From contig JAPPDN010000059.1 of the NCBI GenBank assembly GCA_028824575.1, positions 43,514 to 107,513 on the forward strand: a DNA stretch of 64,000 nucleotides, in the 5' to 3' direction. The notes beneath the pieces were generated by a model. That model did no database searches and had not been told where the DNA came from. It worked only from the letters and a program-made list of their open reading frames with translations. The position numbers were made by a program, and so were the translations under genes. Every line of letters begins with the position of its first letter. Within the stretch, counting starts at the first letter, position 1. Positions 30,827 to 41,104 of this stretch are shown in pieces. The stretch is from Candidatus Poribacteria bacterium (lineage in GTDB: Bacteria; Poribacteria; WGA-4E; WGA-3G).

Positions 30827-32145
30827 GCCTCTTTTTCTTGACATAAATAGTCAAAAATGTTATACTATTTTCATAGCGTTGGACCGACATGTAAAGCATT
30901 ACCGCTTGGTAATGTGTCGGTCCCACCCACTTTACAGGGGTTAAAGACGCTATACGCTATAATCAAATGAGAACCTATAAATATCAGATACGCGAACATC
31001 CGCAGAATATGCGTTTGGGTAATCTGCTCGACGAACTTTGCGATGTCCATAACCACTTTCTGAAGTTGGAGAAGCGGTATTACCGCATCTATGGCAAATA
31101 TGCCGGTAGGTATCGTCTGCAACCGCACTTGACGAAGCTGCTCCAACGCACCCATAAACATTGGGCATGGATACCGCGTGACACGCTTGACGCTGTGATT
31201 ATCCGCTTGCACCTTGCGTGGGAAAAGTTTTTTGATTTTCTCAAAAAGGGAAAGCGCGGCAGACGTGTCGGTCCCCCGAAGTTCAAAAAGCGTGAGAAAT
31301 ACCGCTCTGCGAAGTTTTCTTATGCCTACCAACTTGAGCAAGGGCGTGTTCGTATCTCTTTTAGAGTATGGAACCCAAAATCCCAAAAGTTCAATAAGTA
31401 TCAGAAAATCTATTTCTCTTTCCATCCGCATCGCCCGTGGAAAGGCGATGTCCGCTATATTCAAATCGGTCGGGATGCCGTTGGCACATTGTGGCTCTAT
31501 GTCGTGACAGATAACACCGTCAGAAAAATGCTGTCCGCTACAGGTGAAAGCGTAGGGATAGACTTTGGTATCGACACCTATCTGACACTCAGCACCGGTG
31601 AAAAGATTCACCATCCGCAACCCTTGAAACAATCCTTGAAAGAACTTCGCAGACTCAACAAAGCGATCAGTCGAAAGGTGAAAGGTTCTAACAATTGGTG
31701 GCGTGCTGTCCGTGATCTCGCACGGCTTCACCGCAAGATCGGCAACCAACGCAGAGATTGGCACTACAAACGCGCCACTGACCTCTGCCGTCGGTTTGAT
31801 CACATTGTCACCGAGACGCTGAACCTTGACGGAATGAAACGGCTTTGGGGACGCAAAGTCTCCGATCTTGCTTTTTACCAGTTCGTTGAGATATTGAAGT
31901 TCAAGTGCTTTAAACATAATCGTGAGTTCTCTCAAGTCGGGCAATGGACTCCTACTACAAAACCTTGCTCAGATTGTGGGCATCACAACGAAAATCTTTC
32001 GCTTTCGGATAGGCAGTGGACATGCCCTGAATGTGGCTCACACCACGATCGGGATGTCAATGCTGCTATCAACATTCTTCGGGGCTGCTTAGATCCCCTT
32101 GTGGAGTAGATGTAAGACCTTCCTCGGAAGGCGAACTACGATGAA
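30827..32145 (+). mobile_element. IS200/IS605-family TnpB-only element, copy 3 (distinct subfamily); boundaries approximate
   Basis: The left end has a TTGACA-17-TATACT promoter plus a hairpin (ggaccgacat...atgtcggtcc). The right end ends gtaagacct..acgatgaagca. Hairpin repeats CCAYGCTTTAGCGTG flank it on both sides. Confidence 0.6.
30967..32109 (+). CDS. tnpB: TnpB (IS200/IS605 OrfB family)
   Basis: VGIDFGI RuvC-I motif, CSDCGH...CPECG zinc finger, DRDVNAAINI RuvC-III. Confidence 0.85.
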   Translation: MRTYKYQIREHPQNMRLGNLLDELCDVHNHFLKLEKRYYRIYGKYAGRYRLQPHLTKLLQRTHKHWAWIPRDTLDAVIIRLHLAWEKFFDFLKKGKRGRRVGPPKFKKREKYRSAKFSYAYQLEQGRVRISFRVWNPKSQKFNKYQKIYFSFHPHRPWKGDVRYIQIGRDAVGTLWLYVVTDNTVRKMLSATGESVGIDFGIDTYLTLSTGEKIHHPQPLKQSLKELRRLNKAISRKVKGSNNWWRAVRDLARLHRKIGNQRRDWHYKRATDLCRRFDHIVTETLNLDGMKRLWGRKVSDLAFYQFVEILKFKCFKHNREFSQVGQWTPTTKPCSDCGHHNENLSLSDRQWTCPECGSHHDRDVNAAINILRGCLDPLVE

Positions 32146-33470
32146 GCACAAGCCCCACGCTTTAGCGTGTGGGTGCTATTGACAATCCTCGCCTTCTCAT
32201 CTTCATACGCTGCAACAACCGGTGCCAGCAACTCCTGACAGTACTCCTCTTCAAGGATGGCGTTGATCTCCGCCGTCACCATGCCCCCTTTCTGATATGC
32301 CGCCATCGCAGACGGCTGTGCCTCAAGCCGTTGACGGACGATATGAGATTGGACACGCGTCGCGGCGGCTTCAACGAGTTCCGGATCGGTATGGATGGCT
32401 TGACGGATGATGGTATTTCGCTTGGTTTTGTACTCTGCCGTCAAGTCCTCAAGCTCCTTTTCCTGAACTTTCTCGGCTCGCAGCTGACGCTCTTTCTGCA
32501 CCTGTTCGTCCTCATAGTTCTCGCGGATCGCCTTAATGATATACCCCGCACGATTCCGCACACCCACCGCATCAATCGACATCTCAATCTTCTCAGCGAC
32601 ATACCCCATGAAATCCGGATACGTATCGAGCAGCGGCAACTTTTCAGGGTTCACAAAATCCCACTCCTGGGCAGCGATCTTCAAGGCAATGTTCCGCTCA
32701 ATCCGCGCTTGGACAAGCTCAATCGCAATAGGCGGGAGGTTCTCTATATCTGGGAACAACGACTCCTGGACCGGTACCTGCTTGACCCGTGTGATACGGA
32801 ACTTCAATTCACCGACCCGCCGACCGATGCGTTTTTGCTCAACCTCTACATGATAGTCCGTCTCTTTATTGATCTCCTTGACAGCCGGTTTGATAACCGC
32901 ACGGTTGAATATACTATACGCCGGATACTCACCGCTTTCGATCCCAAGCAGCTCCCTAAACGTATCCAACGCAATGAAGGGCGTTTCTCCCTGGTCTCGT
33001 TCGGTATCAAAGTAATCGAAACACAGTTCCCACAAAACTAAGGCATACTGGCTCTTGAACCGGTTTTGGAGACGGAGGTTCAACTTGGCGTAGACGCGCG
33101 GGTTATACAACTTCAGACGCAGATGCGGCGCAAAAGCATACGTACAGATGCCATCCTCGATTTCAACGGAAGCCAATAGACCTGCTACACCCCAGACCTG
33201 CTTGTTGTCTTTGTTCAGTAGATTCCATTCAACATCGCAAGAACGCAGCTTCCTTAACATCTCTTTCAAATAGTCCTCGTTCTTGCTATCGAAACCGAGT
33301 TTCGCCGCTAATTCCACCATGCTGACACGATGAATCTCCTGATTCGGGAGCTCATTGTAGGCATTGGCGAGGAGCACGTTCCACGCACGCCGCTGCAGCA
33401 ACGAAATTTTACTCTGAATCTGTATCGCCGGACTCGCTTTGACGAATTCGTTGATTTTCGCTAAGTTCAT
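32136..33470 (-). CDS. plasmid/phage replication initiator (Rep_3/RepA-like winged-helix)
   Basis: 444 aa; N-terminal region typical of iteron-binding Rep proteins (LLQRRAWNVLLANAYN...VSMVELAAKLGFDS...). An iteron array lies immediately upstream. Confidence 0.5.
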   Translation of the reverse strand: MNLAKINEFVKASPAIQIQSKISLLQRRAWNVLLANAYNELPNQEIHRVSMVELAAKLGFDSKNEDYLKEMLRKLRSCDVEWNLLNKDNKQVWGVAGLLASVEIEDGICTYAFAPHLRLKLYNPRVYAKLNLRLQNRFKSQYALVLWELCFDYFDTERDQGETPFIALDTFRELLGIESGEYPAYSIFNRAVIKPAVKEINKETDYHVEVEQKRIGRRVGELKFRITRVKQVPVQESLFPDIENLPPIAIELVQARIERNIALKIAAQEWDFVNPEKLPLLDTYPDFMGYVAEKIEMSIDAVGVRNRAGYIIKAIRENYEDEQVQKERQLRAEKVQEKELEDLTAEYKTKRNTIIRQAIHTDPELVEAAATRVQSHIVRQRLEAQPSAMAAYQKGGMVTAEINAILEEEYCQELLAPVVAAYEDEKARIVNSTHTLKRGACASS

Positions 33471-33793
33471 GAGATATTCCTTGTAATAGAGTTTGCAGTT
33501 AATCAGAAAGTTTGTAAGTGTGCTAAAGTTCGGAAGTCTGTAAAGTTGAAAGAGTCGGGAGAAGTTTGAAAATGTGCTAAAGTTGAGAAGTTCAGAAGTT
33601 GTAAGAGATGCTTTGACCTTCCCAACCGCTCTTGCAACTTTAGAACACTTTAGGCACTTTAGGAGACTTTGAAACTTTCTTTCTCTCTTGCAACTTTGAA
33701 ACTTTAGAACACTTTACTGACTTATTTATTGAAGACTGACAACTATTTTACAATTAATTATGAAAATTTATCAATATAATTTTTCATAGTTAA

Positions 33794-34158
33794 CCCCATA
33801 AACGTTCATATTAAAGTCGAAACTTCTATAATATCTTCCGAGCACAAGCAGGTATCTATGGACATCCTATCCGTTCTCACACGCCTCCCCATAAACGTTC
33901 ATAGTTAGCCGTTTGTAGACTTTTCACCCTTCGTCAATTAACGAATCATCGTCCATCAGAGTCCATTTCCCCATAAACGTTCATGTTAACAGGCATCGCC
34001 GCTGGCGAGGTTTCCTCACCTCGACTTCCCATCCCAAACCCCAACAATCCGCGATTCCCCATAGACGTTCATGTTTTCCCCATAGACGTTCACCTTTAAC
34101 CCCATAAACGTTCACTTTACTCCCCATAAACGTTCACCTTTAACCCCATAAACGTTCA
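33794..34158. repeat. iteron array: 8 copies of CCCCATA[AG]ACGTTCA (4 dispersed, 4 tandem at ~22-bp spacing), bracketed by identical 28-bp taaccccataaacgttcatattaaagtc
   Basis: Direct reading; starts at 33794, 33887, 33969, 34057, 34078, 34100, 34122, 34144. Confidence 0.85.
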
Positions 34159-35043
34159 TATTAAAGTCTGGGAAGTCAGGTGTGGCATGGGCTTGGCGCA
34201 CCCTTAAACATTTTAAAAGAATATATATTAAAATTGTTAAACAACATACATCCAAACGGAAATCTTCTCACATAGAAGCCTCCGGTTTTCTGTTGTTTAA
34301 CGATAAAAAATTGATTTAAGGCAGGAATTGGGAGTCAACACACCCAAAAAATGGGCAGGAATTGCGAAAAAGTAAGAAAAGACTTGCGCAAATACTTATT
34401 ATACTATACTATTAATTTGTTTTTATCTTATTATTGTTATACTATATTATTATACCACTATCACATAATCACCCTAAAGTTTGGAGGTTTTGATTAAAAC
34501 ACAACTGCACTGCGCCATCCAAAAAAAAACGTGTATGAACGCAAAAAAACGCATAGAAAGATTTTACTTGCAATGAATTTCGGTTTTTTGCTAAAATACT
34601 CTTTGGTTCAATTTTAAATAGCAGTGTGAGCCGGCAAGAGGGCAATCTTCCGGCCCATCGACACTGCCAACTCTAGGATTGTCAGTGTGGGTTTAGTATA
34701 ACATAAACCCTATAGTAATTGGACTTGATTTTCTCTCTAAAATCAGGTACAATTACTGATGAGAGTTAGAAGGCGGAGAACCGGGGTAGCCCCACTACCC
34801 CCCGTCTTCTTCCACTGACAATTGGGTGGACTCTCTCAGTCGTCTCAGCACGGCTGTAAACTCTCAATCCACGTTTTTTTATTTATTGGCAGTGCTCATG
34901 TTGGTTACTGGAGATCGTGCTATGCACGCCCTTTGTATCTGTATGGCACTGTGTCTCCATATCACTTTTGATATGAATATCACATATATCAGCATTTTCT
35001 GGTTCGCTCTGCAATGCCTTTTTTTCTGCGGAAAGGGGACACC

Positions 35044-36009
35044 ATGAGCGTCCAACAAATCTATATTCCTCTTGAGGGTCGATACCCAATCCCGCATGAG
35101 TTTGAGGCGGATACCCTGCCCGTGCCTCGCGGTCAATATAGTGTTCTTTGGACACTCCGAGATGGAGACCTTACGGCAGCCGAGGCGATGGTCTATCTCT
35201 GTTTGAATCATGGGAGTTCATGGAGTTCCGGGACAACCTGGAGCATGTCGGGTCCCCACCTATCGAAAATACTCGGGGTAGGGATGTCGCGACGGTACGT
35301 CAGAAAAACATTAGCGAATCTCTCTGACAAGGGATGGATCAAGACGGTAGACAAAACTAATCCTGAGGGAAAAGTTTACCGGATTCGACACCATCTCTGT
35401 AAATATCAGGATGTCCCTGTCAATAAAAACGGCAAGCCACTGACGTTCGCAGTGCCACGCGGGCCCGGAGGTCCCTTGGAACGATGTTTCGAGGGCGACA
35501 TCTCATGGAAAGCCGCACTCGTCTGGATCGTGTTGAAACTGCGATCAAACTGGAAGGCACACGAGGATACCGCAGGACAGACAGAAATGGCAACACTCCT
35601 CGAACTGTCGAAAAGATGTCGAATCACACTCAGAACTTTTAACACGGTCATCATCGAACTCATGAAAGCCGGCATGCTGGAACGGATGAGCTCCAAATCG
35701 AAACTCGCGATCTTTCAGTTGTATCCCAAGCCCTTCCCAGGACAGACGCAAACTGAACCGATCCGAGAAGAATGGGTCAACGGGAAACTCCAGAAGACCG
35801 ATGACGAGCACTGGTATAGCAACAATCTCCAGTATCGATGCCCGCTCGAAGATTACATGAAGATCGAAAGGCGGCAACGCGACGGAACGTGGAAGCGGGT
35901 GAGTGATTATCATAGGGCCCAGGTGATGCCGAAGTCAATCTGCAGCGATTTTGAACGCTTTGTTGTGTTACATTGCCAAATTCAGCGGTCGTTGCAAAGG
36001 AAGGACTGA
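35044..36009 (+). CDS. winged-helix DNA-binding protein (possible second replication/regulatory protein)
   Basis: Two WH-like segments; located on the other side of the iteron/AT-rich region from rep. Confidence 0.4.
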   Translation: MSVQQIYIPLEGRYPIPHEFEADTLPVPRGQYSVLWTLRDGDLTAAEAMVYLCLNHGSSWSSGTTWSMSGPHLSKILGVGMSRRYVRKTLANLSDKGWIKTVDKTNPEGKVYRIRHHLCKYQDVPVNKNGKPLTFAVPRGPGGPLERCFEGDISWKAALVWIVLKLRSNWKAHEDTAGQTEMATLLELSKRCRITLRTFNTVIIELMKAGMLERMSSKSKLAIFQLYPKPFPGQTQTEPIREEWVNGKLQKTDDEHWYSNNLQYRCPLEDYMKIERRQRDGTWKRVSDYHRAQVMPKSICSDFERFVVLHCQIQRSLQRKD

Positions 36010-36209
36010 TGGTGCGAAATCTTCTCTTTCTTGTGTTGAAAATTAAAAATTTATGGGCCCCTCCGCCAAAACACCTTTATTCTGCACGGGGGGTAGGGGG
36101 GCCGAATTACATAATTCTTCTCTTATATAAGAGTACTTATATAGCGCGAAACGCGCTTTCAACGAACATAGTAAAATCAAGGGTTCACATACTTATTAAG
36201 AATAAGGGG

Positions 36210-36272
36210 ATGGCACTATGGGAATTTTGCATGGCACTATGGGAATTTTGCATGGCACTATGGGAATTTTAC
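36210..36272. repeat. 3 x 21-bp tandem repeat atggcactatgggaattttgc
   Basis: Direct reading. Confidence 0.9.
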
Positions 36273-36291
36273 TTTTGCTTCAAAAATCGAG

Positions 36292-36358
36292 TTATCCACA
36301 GGTTATCCACAATTGCGAAATTGACCAGAAATTATCACAATTCAGACAGGTATCCACA
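36292..36358. promoter_or_regulatory. DnaA box cluster (2 x TTATCCACA, TTATCACAA, GTATCCACA)
   Basis: Perfect consensus DnaA boxes at 36292-36300 and 36303-36311; variants at 36331 and 36350. Confidence 0.6.
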
Positions 36359-36390
36359 GTCTTGAAAAGGGAATAAAAGGAGGGGCTCCC

Positions 36391-37191
36391 TTGAGAATCA
36401 ATACACCGCAACCCAAGTCCAAAGGCATCTTTATCGTTACGAATAGAGTCAACGGCAAGCAGTACGTCGGTATGGATAACAACATGCCTTTGCAGTTTCA
36501 TCAACACGTCAAAGGGACCGCAAAGTGCCCAGTGCTACACGAAGCCTTATCCGATACCGGACTCGAAAACTGGTCAGTCCAATTCGTGCCGTATCCAAGG
36601 CTTTCGCTCAAAGACCTGCAAGCCATAAAACGATGGTACATCGGGGAGCTAAAGACGGAACACCCGAACGGCTATAACACGCCTCTGGGGTCAAACGGGA
36701 ACCCAGAACAGTCGGAGAACCTCTTGAAGTTCTTGAATAACGCTGACCTGAAAGCACAAGTCCGAGAACGACGGAGGAAATCGGGGGCATTGCTGGAAAC
36801 CATCGCGACGGAATTCGGACTCTCGAGTGCCACGGTAGGCAGGTGGTGTCGGGACATCCAGGATGTCAAAGCCGTGAGAGACTATCCCGTGAAAACACAG
36901 GTCCGGGAACGGCGGAAAGCTGGCGCAACCCTACAAGTCATCGCGGCGGAATTCGATATCTCAATCAGTAAGGCATCTCGGTGGTGTGAGGACATCAAGG
37001 TCCTCTCGGCTACAGAAACGGAAATCATCGGTTTGTTGGCGGATGGGCAGCTATGGACACCCTCTGACATCCAGCAGCATTCCAAAGTTACGAGGCAAGC
37101 CGTTATGTTCGCACTCAAGAATCTTTTGGAAAATGGGCTAATTACGAAGATCAAAAAAGGATGTTATCAGAAAGCTGGTGAAGGAGCATAA
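36391..37191 (+). CDS. GIY-YIG nuclease domain protein with tandem HTH repeats
   Basis: N-terminal GIFIVTNRVNGKQYVGMDNN (GIY-YIG); two ~45-aa repeats KAQVRERRRKSGALLETIATEFGLS.. and KTQVRERRKAGATLQVIAAEFDIS..; TTG start per ORF track. Confidence 0.5.
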   Translation: MRINTPQPKSKGIFIVTNRVNGKQYVGMDNNMPLQFHQHVKGTAKCPVLHEALSDTGLENWSVQFVPYPRLSLKDLQAIKRWYIGELKTEHPNGYNTPLGSNGNPEQSENLLKFLNNADLKAQVRERRRKSGALLETIATEFGLSSATVGRWCRDIQDVKAVRDYPVKTQVRERRKAGATLQVIAAEFDISISKASRWCEDIKVLSATETEIIGLLADGQLWTPSDIQQHSKVTRQAVMFALKNLLENGLITKIKKGCYQKAGEGA

Positions 37192-37581
37192 TGCGGGGGA
37201 CGACCTCACGCTTGACGACATCGCAGCTGTGTGCTCCCTTTCAACGGTGGATGTCTACAATATTTTAATAGAAAACGGGAGTCTTTGATATGCACACTGA
37301 ATCTCTCACAACGCACAACACCAGTCCGCAGCTCCAAGTGCTACCCAACGCCGATTGGTTTACCGAGGGCGGGGTCACCCCGGACGGGGAATGGTGGATC
37401 GCACCGACACTTCTCTTTATTCAAGAGGTATGGCACGGTTGTGTCGGCAACGACCTGAAAAGACGCGGGTTCCGATTAGGGCAGGACGGGAAACGTTTCG
37501 GTGCCTCGCAACACACTATCATCTATCTGCCGGAAGCCGGAGACTTGTAGTTGCCTTCCCCCCTGATAAGAAGGAAACATC

Positions 37582-37911
37582 ATGAACATAGCAGCGCAAC
37601 TCACATGCGAAATCTGCGGTGATACGTGGTTCCGTGACATGACTGAACAACAACTCGCTGATTTCATGGCGGAAAACAGAGAAGCTAACTTCCGCAGGAT
37701 TACAGAGCCTAACAATGGAACGTTAGTCGATATAGACGGCATCATCTGTGACGGCTGTGAAGACTTCTACGCCGATGAATGTGAACTCGCAGAAAATGAA
37801 GAAATCGAAGCGCAATACCTGGATGAACGCAAGGAGGATGCCTGTGCCGCGGCAGGCACCGGTGAATTCGCTCTTTGGCATTTTGATCCTGAACTCGGAG
37901 ACAACGAATAA
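37582..37911 (+). CDS. small Cys-rich acidic protein
   Basis: CEICGD...CDGCEDFYADEC. Confidence 0.35.
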   Translation: MNIAAQLTCEICGDTWFRDMTEQQLADFMAENREANFRRITEPNNGTLVDIDGIICDGCEDFYADECELAENEEIEAQYLDERKEDACAAAGTGEFALWHFDPELGDNE

Positions 37912-38234
37912 TGCAAATCAGAGAAACAGACTTTGATGAACGCTTAGATCTACTGGAAAACATAGAGGACGGCAAGGGTGAGGTGTTCCTCTGCGATAAG
38001 AAGACCAATCGGAACGCCTTTCACAACAAAACCGTCGCGAAACTCATGAAAAATACAGAAGCCACACACGCCATGCTTATTTTTGAAGAGAGCGTCCCGC
38101 ATCACCGAGCCGAACGCACGGCTAAAAAAATAGGGCGCACCATTGAAGGGCTCCACCGCGCCATTCAGATGGATGTCTTTTTTGACGTGCCGCGTGACCT
38201 GTTCGCCATGATTCGGAAGGAATGTACTTCATAA
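37911..38234 (+). CDS. hypothetical protein
   Basis: 107 aa ORF, overlapping start/stop ATGA. Confidence 0.35.
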   Translation: MQIRETDFDERLDLLENIEDGKGEVFLCDKKTNRNAFHNKTVAKLMKNTEATHAMLIFEESVPHHRAERTAKKIGRTIEGLHRAIQMDVFFDVPRDLFAMIRKECTS

Positions 38235-38451
38235 CGTAGCACAAACTTTCCAGTTTGTGCCTACCCCCTTGATAAGGGGGGATACAGGGGGGTTAAAGGA
38301 GAACCCAATTGAAAGTAGCACAAATACTCGGTATCCTCATTGGTGAGAGCGTAACGTGTAAATTGATCCACAGAATTGTTGTAAGAATGAACGACCCCGA
38401 ATAACAGAAAAAGGAGCGGACGGACCGCTCCTTTACAAAACCGGAGAAACC

Positions 38452-41001
38452 ATGTTCGGCTTTGTGTTTTCTATTCTAACACGAAGCCGAGCCGAAAGTC
38501 AAGAGGAGACTTTTACAATGGCAGCCAACCGATACGGCCAGATATGGCACGGCGACCACCATCACATTAATATCCGTTTCCCCTCAAATGAGGCGAGACT
38601 GAAATTCCAAAGCGAGTTTGAGGCATACCACGCTTCACACGACCACGACGGCGACATCCCAATCTTCAAGTGCGTCACCACGAAAGACCTCAAACTCAGC
38701 ACCGGCGATCGGAGTCCACAGGACCTCGTCAAAGCGGAATCCGACAAGGACTACCGCATCACCATAGACGGTTATAGTTGGAACGAGATCCACGATTATC
38801 ATAACCCATCGGGTTATAGAGATTATTCTTGGTATCGTGTCCCAACGTGCTGCGTGCCGCCGACTATCGTCATAGATCGGGAATTTGTCGATTCTGGTAC
38901 ACTCCAGCGGCACCCGCTTTCTGCGATTTTCGGAGATATGCCGGCAGACGACTTCCAGTCCCTGATACATAGCGTCCAGCGCGACGGTTTTATAGAACCT
39001 GTCATCCGCATCTATGAAGGGAAAATCCTTGACGGCTGGCACCGATACCGCGCGGCGAAGGAATTGAACCTCATCCGCAAGTTGAAGTTCCAGGAATGGG
39101 ATGAGAGAAAACACGAGGATGGCGACCCGAAAGCCTTCGTTCTCGCTCGGAATATCGAACGCCGGCATCTCAACCCTTCCCAACGCGCCCAAATTGCTGT
39201 CGCTTTCAATGAGCGATTTGGACATGGCACAAATCGTTTTACTGTAGAGTCACCAAATGGTGACTCTAAAACACGAACCGAACTCGCGAAACAGGCAGGC
39301 GTTGGCACAAGCACGATTGACCGTGCTGTACAGGTTGAAAAAGCAGGGCAAAGCGCGGAGGTTATTTCCGGTGAGAAAACTGCGGGGGAAGTACTTGGAG
39401 AGCAGCAAGCGAAATCGGACAACGAATGGGAAGCATCTATCGCTGTCGTGAAGCCTCGTTTTCTACAAGCCGTCGAAAAATGGCGGTCTTCGCACGTCGA
39501 ACGCCTTCAGAAATTTGAGAGGCTCCCTGTCGGTCGAACGCCGCTTCTCGAATCCGAATACATCAAGACATATTTTGAACTCGCGGACCCCCGAATCCCA
39601 CAGAACACGAAACCGACCGCAGCGCATTATGAGGGTGCGATTGAATGTATGCGGGATCGTCCCGTCGCTTTCGCTGAACAACTCGAAGGACGGCACTACC
39701 GGAGAATCATCAAGGACTGGGATGAATCTGTGCTACCGCAACTCATCAAACGGTTTCAGGGGCCGCTTCTCGGGTATTCGACAAGTCAGCTGAAGGCAGA
39801 AGCGTTTGAGGTCCGTATCAAGCGAGCGATTCGGAGGCAATACGAGTTTCAAGGCAGGATCCCCTCGCAACCCTTTGAAGTCCTATTTGAGATTACCGAG
39901 GATGCCCATGCGGTCCTTATTCAGTTGAACCCGAAAGAGTGGGTTCGGGATGGACGCGAAATTTCATGGGCGGTGTCAGTCTTACCAGAACCTATAGATA
40001 CCCCGGCAGAAGCAGAGGAAATTGCTGGTGAGAAAACTGCGGGCGAAGCTGTTTCTGAAGAAACCGTCAAAGGGTTGTGGGGACTCGTCACGGCAGAGAT
40101 GAAGGCGTGGAAGGCACGGGACAAGGAGAAATGTAGGTTTTCGTCTGATCACATCGGTAAAGCCTCAAAATCTATGCTGATTACGGCACTCCGAAAATAT
40201 GAGGAGAGTGATGAGGAAGGGGCAGCAACGGCAAAAGAACTCAGGGACCTGTTGAGATTGATGAAGACAGATTCCTTTGCTTTCATCCTGACTGTCCGCA
40301 CAATTCTTAAGGATAGTAGCGACGAGGTACCCTTGGGGAAACACCCAAGTAGGGGCGAGGTCCTCTCGCCCGTACAGGAAGCTCGGAAAGTGACGACTTC
40401 TGCGGAAAGTGGAGAGGTAACAGATAAGGAGAAGGCGAAAAAAGCTGCGTCGGCGGAACAGGCACCTGCTGAGGAGGTTTCCCCGATGGACCCCGTTTGG
40501 GATGCGTTCAACAAACGCTATCCGAAATGGAAAGCCTGGTATGCTGAATCCGGCTACGAGGAAAACGAGTTTATCCAAGCGTCTACCGAGTCAGAACTGT
40601 TAGATGCTCTGCGCGTCTACCGAGAAAGCGATCGGGAAGGGATGCCAACCGCGGATGAAGTCAAAGATATGACCAACCTCATGAAACAGCAGTCATATCC
40701 GTTGGCAGTATATCTGCGGAATCTATTGAGAGAAAGGGGCGTCTCCGATACCCTCGCGCCGTCTGCTGATGAGGACGAGGCAGAACAGGATCCTTTCCAT
40801 GATGTGGACCTCGAGGCTGTGAAAGCCGATCTTGAAACACTCCTCAAAAAGGTCATGCCCGTGGAGAAACACCCGCTCTGGCACCAAATCTGTGAGAATA
40901 TTAACGATGCCTACTTGGACTATGAAAATCTCCCGAATGATCGTGAGATTTTCGCAATCCTGTTAGACTGCGCACTCACAGCGATTGACGAACTCACTTA
41001 A
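38452..41001 (+). CDS. large ParB/Srx-fold nuclease-domain protein with internal repeats
   Basis: ILDGWHRYRAAKEL (ParB-like motif) near residue 190; duplicated GEKTAGE(V/A) segments and duplicated LRDLLRLMKTDSF / VKDMTNLMKQQSY modules. Confidence 0.55.
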   Translation: MFGFVFSILTRSRAESQEETFTMAANRYGQIWHGDHHHINIRFPSNEARLKFQSEFEAYHASHDHDGDIPIFKCVTTKDLKLSTGDRSPQDLVKAESDKDYRITIDGYSWNEIHDYHNPSGYRDYSWYRVPTCCVPPTIVIDREFVDSGTLQRHPLSAIFGDMPADDFQSLIHSVQRDGFIEPVIRIYEGKILDGWHRYRAAKELNLIRKLKFQEWDERKHEDGDPKAFVLARNIERRHLNPSQRAQIAVAFNERFGHGTNRFTVESPNGDSKTRTELAKQAGVGTSTIDRAVQVEKAGQSAEVISGEKTAGEVLGEQQAKSDNEWEASIAVVKPRFLQAVEKWRSSHVERLQKFERLPVGRTPLLESEYIKTYFELADPRIPQNTKPTAAHYEGAIECMRDRPVAFAEQLEGRHYRRIIKDWDESVLPQLIKRFQGPLLGYSTSQLKAEAFEVRIKRAIRRQYEFQGRIPSQPFEVLFEITEDAHAVLIQLNPKEWVRDGREISWAVSVLPEPIDTPAEAEEIAGEKTAGEAVSEETVKGLWGLVTAEMKAWKARDKEKCRFSSDHIGKASKSMLITALRKYEESDEEGAATAKELRDLLRLMKTDSFAFILTVRTILKDSSDEVPLGKHPSRGEVLSPVQEARKVTTSAESGEVTDKEKAKKAASAEQAPAEEVSPMDPVWDAFNKRYPKWKAWYAESGYEENEFIQASTESELLDALRVYRESDREGMPTADEVKDMTNLMKQQSYPLAVYLRNLLRERGVSDTLAPSADEDEAEQDPFHDVDLEAVKADLETLLKKVMPVEKHPLWHQICENINDAYLDYENLPNDREIFAILLDCALTAIDELT

Positions 41002-41104
41002 GGAAGAAGGTAGGCAGACATATCCAGCGTCACCGCCCCCTTCCCAGTAACGGGTGGGGACCCCGGTGGCGTGTCTGCCTACCCACTGAATAGGGATTAT
41101 TAGA

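Noticed and set aside
35973-36365. ORF 35973-36365 (130 aa) with MALWEFC x3
   Set aside because: Its repeats are the translation of the 21-bp tandem DNA repeats and DnaA boxes, so it is most likely non-coding origin DNA.
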